Below are positions 30,723 through 41,971 of a stretch of DNA of 64,000 nucleotides, piece after piece. Below the pieces are notes generated by a model, which did not search any database, was not told where the DNA came from, and worked only from the letters and a program-made list of their open reading frames with translations. Position 1 is the stretch's first letter. Each line of letters starts with the position of its first letter. The translations under genes and the position numbers were made by a program. The stretch lies in NCBI RefSeq assembly GCF_009914755.1, contig NC_060928.1; one strand, 5' to 3'. This DNA is from the human T2T-CHM13v2.0 reference genome, Homo sapiens.

Positions 30723-33339
30723 CATTGAAGACAGTCCTCCTTCCTGTCTTCTCTCTTTCTTAAATATTTTATTATTTCTTCCCCACATTTATGCTTTGTG
30801 TATTTGCTTCAGTATCTCAAAAAATGCCTTGAATCTAATGGACTCTGAGTATATGTGTGTTGATTTTCTATCCTATTTTCCTATGTTGTGCTACCTGCTA
30901 ATTGAACCAATGGTATTTTTAAAACAGAAGTAGTCTGTTCTCAGCAATCCAGCTTTTATGATGTTCACTTGCTCAAACAGGTGATGATCAAATGAAATGC
31001 ATAGCACGATGATGGGTTGCATTGTGCAAAGGTGGAAACCAACTTCCATTCATCTGAACACAGTTATTAATTTTAATACCCAGGATGGGCCATTTAAAAT
31101 CTTGGTTTTATCCAGTTCTTCCCACTAAAAGATGAACTTGAAACAGCATCTATAAGATGGTACTGAAACTGCTTAAATATTAAGTCATTTGTTTGTTCTG
31201 GCATTTAAGTTTAATGAAAATAAAAACTTTTTTATAAACAAGCCATGAACTTTTGAGGTAAAACTAAGATCCCAAGTGAATAATTTGGGTTGATTAAGAT
31301 TTTAAGAAAATTAAGCACATGCACACACACACAAATTCAGCATAGTCTTCAATACTGTACAAAATAAGAGACCCCATAAACCATAAACTAAATACATCCT
31401 AGACTTAGGTGAAAGCAAACCAAATTAACAATTGAATCTTATCTAGTACCACCTTTAAGCCTCTTTGTTTAACATTTGAGATTCTTGATCTAGTTTTTAA
31501 AAAGCATTGTCCCACAGCAATCAATGAGTAACAAAGATAATGGTGTTTCCTCTTTAACCATTCTAAATATTTCAGAAATTCTTACATTTATGTTACCAGG
31601 AATTTCTCTAATGTTTTATAGCATAGTTGGAAACTCAGTTTGGCATGATCATCTTTGTCATTCACTAGGGTTTCCTTTTAAGATCAGGAGTCACCAAAAA
31701 CAATAAAACAGGCACGTATCATTGTACAGGAAAGGAAAAATTACAAGAAGGTGATAAACATGTCACAAGTTATTATTATTAAAACATGGCACTTGTGTTT
31801 GGGATTTCTTTTCTTTCAGCAGCTATAATAACAATCAGTTAACTATTCAAATTTTTCTACAAAGCAGGGTAGTAACCGAGAACCAGCCAAAGCAGAGAGA
31901 AGACAGAACAATTGGGTAAGGGAAGAAAAATATAAACTGGCTAGTTTTTCAGCCCAAGGCAAGGAGTTCCTTTTAATCTTTGATCTGGCATGAAAAGAAA
32001 ATTGTTAATCTTAGAATAGCTTCTGCTAGTTCCAGCAATGAGTATTTTAAAAGAGAAAAATTATGTGAAAGAAACTCATTTCTTGACACTTTAAATGAAG
32101 AGATTTAGAAAGTAATCAGTGACTCGTACAGATCTTTTTTAGACTAGATGTTTTGAATTTACAAGGATGATTTAACTTTCTGACTCTTTGATGCTGTTTC
32201 TGAAATTCTTATTAGTACATCTATGTTGCCATGAAGTGTTCTAATGTTTATAACATCATTATTAAAAACCCAGTTTGGCATGATCAGCTTGTCACTCATT
32301 AGCATTTCCCTTTAAGACTAGGAGTTACCAAAAATAATAAAATAGGCTGAGGAGTCTAAAAATAGCAAAGTTCTAAATGTTCCTTTTAAACTTTAACCTG
32401 TAATTCTTAGAGACATGGAAACACTGAATTCAGCCTCCAAATCAAAAATGCTAAGTTCTAACAAATCAAATGATCTAAATTTAGTTTGGCGAATTTGTTT
32501 TCAACACAATTGAATCTTTTGAAATTAAAGAAAAAAAATTTCAATTAGAATTTTCCCAAAAGATGTCAGTATCTATTTTTTAAAAACTGAAACCTTTTGA
32601 TGAGGAGCAACATGTGAGTTGCCTGAATTTGAAGTCGAAATATATACACGTATATACATAAATTTTAATAGCATTTTAGTTATTCAGGGTGCTCGACTAT
32701 CAAATTTTATTAAAATCTCATTAAGAGAGAAATCTCAAATCACTTACTATGCTCCACAATTATTATAAACTGAACAATTTAAATGAGAGGAGGAGATAAT
32801 GACATTAACTGCTTAACTTAAAGCAATCCTCCATGGCATGATTTTAAAATATTTTCTTGGTCTCAAATTTATGTAAATTGAATTCACCTATCATTAGTTA
32901 TTACCAGCCTAGATACATTAAAAACAATAACATCAACAACAACAAAAACAGCGTTCTATAATAATTAGTTCCTAAAAACACTGTTTAAATTAGACCTGGG
33001 ACATTATTAAAGTAGCTATAAATATGTACAGTATTTTATTTATACCCAGATGCCTGAAAATCAACAAAAATGCTCTCAGAGTTCTTTCTTCAAAAATTCT
33101 TTTAATAAAAGCCTTTCATTCAAAGTTTTAAGGTAATCTGAAATAAATACCCTTTTCAGATTGTATTATATTTATACCACAGGAATGGTCACTCATAATC
33201 AGAGAATAATCATTGGATCAGGGTATTTTAGATCTTGCCAAGCTTAGTCAGAGATAACCAATTTCCTTATTTCATGGATATCCATAGTCACACCCACAAA
33301 CATTCATGACAAAGCTTCAATAAAAACCTAGATCTAAAG

Positions 33340-33525
33340 TTTAGCTCAAAGTTATTTCTTATCACATCATATACACATTTTATATAGATTATCCCACAAG
33401 TCTACAGTTTAGGCGCTATCATTACCTCATTTTATATACAGGGAAGCTTATATAATTAGGCTAGTAGTCAGTCAAGTAAGAATTCAAACCCAGTCTAGCT
33501 CCAGAAACCATACTACTACCCATAA
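33340..33525 (-). mobile_element. MIR
   Basis: cattacctcattttatatacagggaa...aattcaaacccagtctagctccaga. Confidence 0.6.
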
Positions 33526-33789
33526 TCCTAAATTTTAAGAACAGGTGGATATTTTCCATTTATAGAGAAAATTCACAAATAGCTGTAACAAGTACCATCC
33601 TTTAAGAATAATAAAATAAAAATATAAAGTTTACAATTTGGAATTTCACTCCTCTAAAATAAATCTTCTTCCTAATCCCAACTCAAGCACCAATTTCTCC
33701 CTGAAGCCTTCTCATGTCATTTAACTGAGATGAATCTCTTTCTTCAAACCTTTAATAATTGTTGTATATTGCTCATATGTAGAATGTAC

Positions 33790-33986
33790 TAGATGTCTCG
33801 ATATCTATTTTCCTCTTCTTTCTTAGTAACAGAAATCTAATTTTTAGCTCGCAGTAAATTGCCATATTTCCCAACTTCAGTGGCTAGGAGTGATCATGTG
33901 ACTGAGTTCTGCAATAAGGAGTGCTGGTATTGTGTTAGAATTCCAGGAATGCTGTTCAAAGAAAGAAGACTCAGGTTTTAGGGAGG

Positions 33987-34021
<35 letters not shown>

Positions 34022-34344
34022 GAGACAGAGTCTCGCTCTTTCACCCAGGCTGGAGTAGGGAGCTCTTTTTTCTATTCCCACTACTTTACCTTGCTATCCA
34101 GACGTTCTGGCTGGGGCTCCAGCAACTATCTTGGACCATGAGGCAGCCTTGAGGAAGAAAACTGCATGCTGCAGATGGTGGAGGAGAGAGATAGGAGTCT
34201 TGGCCCATGATGAGACCATGAAGCCACTATACCATACTTGGACAGCTCCCTCCAAATGTTATATAATAGAGAAATAAATCTTAATCTTGTATAAATCACT
34301 ATCAATTTTTTTCTCTTAAGCCAAACCTAATTCTAACTGATACA
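33790..34344 (+). mobile_element. MLT1 (MaLR) LTR, interrupted by a tiny Alu
   Basis: catgtgactgagttctg, cagcaactatcttggaccatgagg, aataaa, ending ctaactgataca. Confidence 0.8.
33994..34056 (-). mobile_element. Extremely 5'-truncated Alu (about 35 bp body plus tail)
   Basis: T-rich tail plus gagacagagtctcgctctttcacccaggctggagt, between TSDs tagggag(g/c)tcttttt. Confidence 0.9.
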
Positions 34345-34549
34345 GTTTACACATGTTTCATAATCCTAGGTTGTTGTAACTATGGTGAAGAGAGGAAAAA
34401 AAGATATAGAATTATTTCTCTTATAACACTGGAGCAAAACATACCTAATCATAATTTTCACTCTCAAACTCTCTCTGGTAATTTTCAACTTTATGTAAGA
34501 AAAAGCAGGGAAAGGAAGGGGAATAAAAAAAGTAAAACAACGCTTCTGC

Positions 34550-34880
34550 CTGTCTGCCATTGCTCATGCCATTTCCTCTCCTCTCTCCTTTACCAGTTAA
34601 GTCCTACCCATACCTCAAGGCCCAGCTCAGAGCAATCACTTCTGTCAGACCTTTGAATTTAGAGTGCATATTGTCTGTGCCATTTATTTGACAATCATAT
34701 ATCTCTAGTAACATCTTTCATACGGCTTGTTAACTTTTACATTGCATTTCTTTTTCTACATGTCATCTCCACAACCTAGTGGGACCCACCTTGTATTTCT
34801 CTGCATTCTTCACTGACACTAGAAAACTACCTCTGTGTAGCAGGAAATCAATAAATACTTTTGATCAATTAACTGAATTA
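34550..34880 (+). mobile_element. L2 3' region
   Basis: ttgctcatgccatttcc, tcaaggcccagctca, tagcaggaaatcaataaatac. Confidence 0.65.
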
Positions 34881-35400
34881 GGGTAAGAAAAAAAAAGTGA
34901 AGAAAAGAAAAAGAGGAAGACTAAGAAGTGAGAATACACAGCTTCTTAGGAGTGAAAGAGCACAATACAAATCCCAAAGAACCACAAGAACAAGTTGTAC
35001 TTCACTAGACCTTACCAAACAAGTGGGACTGGTAGAAAAAATATGATACATTCATATAGTCAGTGCATGTCTCAAACTATATTTAATAAGCTTGTTCTCT
35101 AACAAAGGAATCGTATATTTTGTTTTAGTCACTCAGACAATTGTGTCAATTTTATTTTCTCAAAGTCTAGACATCCGAAAGAATAAGAGACCCAACTTAA
35201 GAAGATGTTTTGATAGTGGATGTGTATGGTGCCAAATCATGTACAAAAATTGGCTTCCAGAAAGTTCATGTTTTACAGATATTATTCTATTAAACAATTG
35301 TGACAACGTATAGAATAATACTTGGACTCATGAAATAATGACTTAAAATATTACTGAGTCTAAACTAAGCAATCCGAGAGATTATTTTTGTTAAACAGAC

Positions 35401-35406
35401 TTTATT
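35401..35406 (-). terminator. Candidate intronic poly(A) signal AATAAA for the read-through isoform (others at 35873-35878 and 36336-36341)
   Basis: tttatt on the + strand, downstream of the read-through stop. Which site is used cannot be told from sequence. Confidence 0.35.
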
Positions 35407-36459
35407 GTCTAAAACCCAGAAGTAATACAGCATCACAAAAACCATTACTGGCTCTATAAAAATAGGATATAAGCTATGCATATATTTTGCAGATGCTACA
35501 TCATTATAAACTCTGTAAGGCTATGTGACACTAAAAGCTGTGTAGCACTATGTAGAATTAACACTATGTAACAACATGTTTAAAAGCTTTAACTACATTT
35601 AAATACATACAATAATAATTAACAGAGCATTTTAAACAGAGGTAATTGATATTTTACCTAGACTCATGAACTAGTTTATACATCACTGATTTTACTCTCA
35701 ATTATTTGTAAATCACTGCACTACATATCTGCTAATGAGTTATGCCCCAAAAAATACAATATGATAATTAACTTCAGGAATTTAACAAAGTTTTAAGGCA
35801 CAAAAAAATTAAATCAACAGAAAATTTAGTTTCTCAATCTTTCATAACACAAATCAAGCCTCTGTTACATCATTTATTTAAAAATAATGATTAAAAATGC
35901 TAAAACAACGTCCTTATATTGGTTCTACTTATGAAAGCTGAACTACTTTTGAATCTTTATATATATATATATATATAGATACAACATTTACTTGCAAATT
36001 ACTCATTAGTCATATCTTCCTTTCAAATTTTTTTTCACATAGATTTCTCAGAAGCATCCAAGCCAGTAGCTTCTTTGACAGTGAAATGTACAAAATAAAT
36101 GGCATGTCAACAAGTAAATTAGCATTCCCTTTCTGACCAGCTGGGTCATGTTTCCTTTTCAAAATCCTCAGTCCCATGATACAAAATAATAATAATCTAA
36201 AAGACCTCATTAAATGATCAATATATTGACATAACCTCTATAAGGAGACACATAGTGTTTTAATTGATTCCTTGAATTCATTAAATGGAATTTTAAAACC
36301 CAAACCTCCAAAATATATTGTAAGAGAACATTTGCTTTATTCATTAACTACTTTTCTTCAGGGTATGGATACTGGCACATGAAAAGATTCAACAATTTTT
36401 ATACTTAACCAAAGAGTAAAACAAATCCAGCTTTCACTAAATCTTTCATATACACAATA

Positions 36460-36504
36460 TCACAGCAAAAGTTGTAATAGACAAGTTAAACTATGTTTAC
36501 TTAC
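36460..36504 (-). CDS. SLC10A7: In-frame read-through extension of the exon (VSKHSLTCLLQLLL*), C-terminus of a short isoform
   Basis: GTA AGT AAA CAT AGT TTA ACT TGT CTA TTA CAA CTT TTG CTG TGA continues the exon frame, with TGA at 36462-36460. I recall a short annotated SLC10A7 isoform ending this way; not verified here. Confidence 0.6.
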   Translation of the reverse strand, partial: VSKHSLTCLLQLLL

Positions 36505-36543
36505 CAAAAAACTTCCAAAGGCTGAATTAAATATTGCAGCTGC
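36505..36543 (-). CDS. SLC10A7: 39-bp internal coding exon (probably exon 5) of the SLC10-family transporter SLC10A7
   Basis: Minus strand reads ttttcccctatttattttcttcatAG|GCA GCT GCA ATA TTT AAT TCA GCC TTT GGA AGT TTT TTG|GTAAGT, giving [13 protein letters not shown]. This matches my recollection of SLC10A7 ...[23 protein letters not shown].... Strong polypyrimidine tract, perfect donor, phase 0/0. The exon number is from memory. Confidence 0.95.
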
Positions 36544-38981
36544 CTATGAAGAAAATAAATAGGGGAAAAAAACTCATTGAAAGTAAATAAGAATAATAAA
36601 GCCAAAGATTATCATTCTCCCCTCCCCCACTATTCAAAACCTTAAAACATTGACTCTATAAAGCAAAGTTAGTCACTGCTTACAAAAATTGCCAGTGGCC
36701 TGTAGTTTACTAAGACAGATGAGCTACAGCTTAGGAATTCATAAATAATGGGTCTCAAAAGCAGGCAGAAAACGCTTGTCATGCCTTGAACCTATATGAC
36801 AGTACCAAAAGAATCATTGCCAATACTAAATTGAGACCATGTTGCTATTGATTTTCCTACTAAATTTAAAACAATCAGAGATTGATTTATTTGTTTAAAA
36901 ATGTATATTATTGGAAGAAGGAAAAACAGAATTGTAAGACAAACATTAATTGCTCCCTGTCAGTGGCACAAGTCTTATGAGCTACAATCACAAGGTAAGA
37001 TCTGTTTCTATACAACACACATTAGAAATATGAACAATGCTGTTAAGACCAGGAAAGTTATTGCTGTACCATTAATTCTAAGGTAAAGAAAAGCAAGAAA
37101 AGCTCCAATTTGGTGTTCAAAATTCAAAGAAAAAATATTTGACTCTCTGCTTACCTAAATATCCATGGAATACATAGCAGACGTAATATAGCTCTTAATT
37201 TTAATTGAATCACTATATTCAATGAAGCTATACCAGAGTCCTGCAAGCTTCTCACATTACCCAAAAAGGAAAAAACTTGTATAACATCCAATTTGATAAA
37301 AAGAAAACAAGAAAGAAAAAATAATAAAAGGGGTAGAGAGAACCTATTTACATCTCCTGCATACCCAGAGCAGAATTAAATTAATCATTGTGGACATTAG
37401 CAGCCACACTGTAGTAAAAAGAGGATGTCAGTTTAGTAAGTTTGAATAAAGTCCAAAGCCAGGCTAAGAGCTGTAGCTGAAAATGCCTTCTGCTCCAGAA
37501 GAGGATGCAATGAGAGTGAATGGGTAATGAGATCCTCGGCTCCAGAGAGCTTAGCTCTCCTATTCCAGTTCATAATTAATTCAAAGCTTTGATAATTTCA
37601 TTAGATTTCTCCTTTGCTGGCCCTATCAATAAAAGATGGCACCGGACCACAGCTCCTCTGTGGCATAAACATAGGCACAGGCACAGACCAGGGAAACCTT
37701 TGCTTCCTGACAGGGACAATGGCATATGGTGTTCTGGGTTGTACGGGGAGCAGTGAAAAAAAGAAAATCAGCTAAATAAAACATTACAGATGACAATTGT
37801 AAACTATAGCAATATATTTAACACATCTTCCTGGAATTCCATTATGGATGATTCCAGGAAAAAGTTTTATGTATGGGGAAAAATAAGTAAAAGGTTATAA
37901 ATAAATTAGTTGTGGTGACACCAACAGGGAACACTGGTCCTCCTTCCTACAAAAAATGTACCTTTCCCACAAGCAATTTTTATATTTAGATCCTATTTTG
38001 TGCTTAAAACAGAATTACTTCCTTTTAGTAAAGGAAGGAGGTCTTCCCCTTTGAGCCTGTCTCTTCTGAATTCATTTCTTTCAAGTCCCTTTCACTAACA
38101 TTTTACTCAATAACTAGCGGTCTTGTCTAGCATTTGAGGAAACATAGAATCATTCGAGGAAAAGAGACTCAGAAGTCAAAGTAAAATAACTATATATGAC
38201 AAATAATATCATACTCATAAACAACTCATAAATACTCATAAATAACTATATGAGTATATAACAACTACTACTCATAAGATCAAATCACCATATTCCTACT
38301 CCCTCTTGTTCTCTTCTTTAACCCAAACGCAAGAAATACATTTTATATGAATTGGCCTATATTCCTGCCTCTTATAAAATGACAGTGACGGGTATATTAG
38401 GTACCCAAAGACGATGCTGCAGGCCAACTCATTCTTAGTTGTTTGCCAACAGTGGTGATGGATTTGAACTCACTCAGTCAGCTATACTGTCCTCCTGTGC
38501 AGTGAGCTCCGTCAATCTTTTGTGAAATGATTGATTAAAGGTTCTGGGTACTCTGAAGACCACGTGAAATCAGACACTGAAACCAAGGATCTTGGGCTCA
38601 ACAGCAACCGATAATTAAGGTAATAGTTGGCTCAATTCTGTGGTTGCAGTCTATGAAAGAACCATGATTTCCAGAGTTTCAACAAGTAATAATAAATATT
38701 TAGAGTATTTTATTGATATATAAAAGACATGCATGTATCTTGACTTAGGGAGGAATTCCCAGCTCCTTGGCATGACGTCCAGGGCCTTCCATGAACATGT
38801 TTCTATCCATCTCATTCCCTGCCTCGAATTTTACATTCTGACAACAATGAACTACTTGCAATTCCCCAAACTCATCATGCCATTTCTTATCTCCTTGCTC
38901 CCTGGCCTGAAATACCCTTCCCCCTCTTCTACTTTGGTAATTCTATTTAATTTTAATAACACAGCTTGGTCATCATCCTTC

Positions 38982-39860
38982 TGAGATGGGAGAGTTCCCT
39001 TGATCCCTTATGGGACTCGCGAAGGGGTTGGCTCATTTACTTGGCCGCCGTGCTCCATGCCTTACAGGAGCGAGCACACAAGCAAACGGGTGTGGGAACG
39101 CGCACAAAGGAACACTGGAACTGGCCGGTCGCACCTCTCTGGCGGGAGCAGGGTTTGTGCAGACCCGCGGCAGTGTCCAAGTGTGTTACAATGCTCCGTT
39201 AGCTCTGCCATCCAGGAGGGGGTGTCTGTGACCCTCGAAGCCCAAGAAGACGTGTGTTACAATCACTGCTCTTTTAGCATTTGCCGTCCGTGGATGGCTA
39301 GGTGTTAACTAGCTCAGCGGAGGGTCAGGGTGACAGCCTTTTACACTCTGCCCTCTTGGTACCCGAGTTCTTGTCAGGCGTCCAGGAAAAATCAGGTCAC
39401 ACAAACAAATCAAAGGGTAGTTAATGTGGAGGACTTTGTTGAGCGGTGGAAGTGGCTTTCAGAGGGAAAGGGAGCTGGAAACGGGGTGGAATGGGACGAA
39501 AATCTTCCGCGGGAGTCTGGCCATCCCTAATCGAACTCCTCTCTGACCATAGTCTCTGACGTCCAGCCTCTTCTCCTCTGGTTGTTCAAACGCTTCTCTC
39601 TTCTCTCTTCTCTCTTCTGTGTGTGTGTGTGTGTGTGTGTGTGCACGTGCGCACGCGCGTGCACGGGAGTCCCCTGAGTCTGGGGTTTGCAGTTCTCATG
39701 GGCACAGGATAGGGGGTGGGGCAGTCCAAAAGGTAAAATTTCAGGTGGGAAAACAAGAATAGTTCTCACTTTGGGCCGTGGGTCCAGGCTTGAGGGTGGA
39801 GCTCTCGCCAGGAACCCCACCCTCTTCTACCCAGTATTTCTCTGCCTCCTGGCCCTATCA
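38982..39860 (-). mobile_element. ERV1 solo LTR, LTR1/LTR28-like, 879 bp
   Basis: Reverse strand starts tgatagggccaggaggcagagaaatactgggtagaagaggg and ends ggaactctcccatctca; TG...CA ends; 4-bp TSD cttc (38978-38981 and 39861-39864). Confidence 0.85.
39618..39665. repeat. (TG)n running into a mixed CG/CA alternating purine-pyrimidine tract
   Basis: 48 bp of unbroken purine/pyrimidine alternation. Confidence 0.9.
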
Positions 39861-40006
39861 CTTCCAAGAAGTTTTCAATGACCTTCCCCCAACACACGCA
39901 CACACACCTTAGCATACACACATATCTACACTTACAGATGGACTGAGTATCTCCACACCTGCTGGCAGAACATCCTGAGCCTATCTCTGCCATGGGACTT
40001 GTCCTA

Positions 40007-40362
<356 letters not shown>

Positions 40363-40466
40363 CTAAGATAGGAATCTAATGAAACTCACCCTAAGCACCC
40401 ACTTGTTTGTTACTCCTACTCACACCCTGACTCTGAAGTGGCCAGAAGTAGAAAGGGTGAGAAGGT

Positions 40467-40467
<1 letters not shown>

Positions 40468-40518
<51 letters not shown>

Positions 40519-40530
40519 TTATCTATCTAT
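40468..40530. repeat. (TATC)12 TATT (TATC)2 tetranucleotide microsatellite
   Basis: Read directly. Confidence 0.97.
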
Positions 40531-40978
40531 AGTGAAACAAATCAGGCCCTTGAATCCACTGGTACTCTTTTAAAATTTTTATCACGTGTATATATTCATT
40601 AATTAAAAAGTATGAATTGCTGACACAAGTACGATTCCCTGAAATGTCCAAAGTCTTCATCTCCTACTGAGTTATTTTATGTGTTTGGCAGAATCCAAGG
40701 CACAGAAGACTGGATCTGACATCTGGTACCATAACCAACCTATGACAGTAACAGGAGATCTAGACTTCAGACTCCCATCCACCCCATTCAATACAAGAAT
40801 TTCCTTCACATCGTTTTCAAAACAGTATCTTGCTTTACTTCTCTTAAAATGCCTGAACCTTCCTATTATAATATAGTTATATAAAATATGTTTAATATAA
40901 ATAATGTTTTCCGAGATCAGATGAGATTGGGCAAGTTCAGAGCAGTATGACTGTAAACCATAAATGACCAAAAATTAG

Positions 40979-41131
40979 CCACCATGCCTAGCTAGAATTT
41001 TTTAATTTTTTTGTAGAGACAGGGTTTCCCTATGTTGCCCAGGCTGGTCTTGAACTCCTGGACTCAAGCGATCCTCCCATCTCAGCCTCCTAAATTGCTG
41101 AGATTACAGGTGTGAGTCACCATACCCAGCT
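40979..41131 (-). mobile_element. AluJ left-arm fragment
   Basis: tttgtagagacaggg...ctcctggactcaagcgatcc...catacccagc. Confidence 0.85.
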
Positions 41132-41663
41132 TGATTTTAAAATATAGCAGTTCTTTTGTTATTATCTCCTTTGTTAGAAAATATTTCAAAACCCATTCCT
41201 CCTCTAGAATGCTCCATTACAACAAGAATTTGTCTAATTCATTGAAAGAAACGAGTGAATGAACAAATACCTCTTGTGCTAACTGAATGTCCTACACAGT
41301 AATGTTTTTATTATTAACTAATAAAATCCCATTAGCAAAATGTATACCTTGGAGTAATCACATTTGGTGAATAATTAGATCAATCCTAGCTAAAAAAAAA
41401 AAAGTTCATATTGAGATTTTTTTTAATATTGACTAGATTGACTTCCTTTATATTACACATTTGTAGATAATATATTGCTTTTGGTATCAACCCAATTTTA
41501 CCCAATATAAGATATTTTACTAATGTTCCATTATATATTATACAGCATGTCTTTATTAAATTATTTTGGAAAACTGAGCAAGTTCAATAATGAATTAATT
41601 TCATCATAAACTACTTGGAATTATTTAAAACAAAGGTAAATTTCTTAAAAAAAAAAAAACCTA

Positions 41664-41971
41664 ATCATTCTCAGCAAACTATCGCAAGGACAAAAAACCA
41701 AACACCGCATGTTCTCACTCATAGGTGGGAATTGAACAATGAGAACACATGGACACAGGAAGGGGAACATCACACATCAGGGACTGTTGTGGGGTGGGGG
41801 GAGCGGTGAGGGATAGCATTATGAGATATACCTAATGCTAAATGACGAGTTAATGGGTGCAGCACACTAACATGGCACATGTATACATATGTAACAAACC
41901 TGCACATTGTGCACATGTACCCTAAAACTTAAAGTATAATAATAATAAAATTAAAAAATAAAAAAAATTTT
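41664..41971 (+). mobile_element. 5'-truncated L1PA (about PA3-PA5) 3' end with poly(A)
   Basis: atcattctcagcaaactatcgcaagg...gatatacctaatgctaaatgacgagttaatggg...cctaaaacttaaagtataat; TSD aaaaaaaac(c/t)taa. Confidence 0.93.

Noticed and set aside
37149-37241. Strong donor TAG|GTAAGC at 37154 with a possible 86-nt exon from 37240
   Set aside because: The candidate acceptor has intervening AG dinucleotides between it and the pyrimidine tract, and isolated donors are common.
38966-39530. GC-rich cluster of overlapping ORFs resembling a CpG-island gene start
   Set aside because: It lies wholly within the solo LTR, where GC richness lowers stop-codon frequency.
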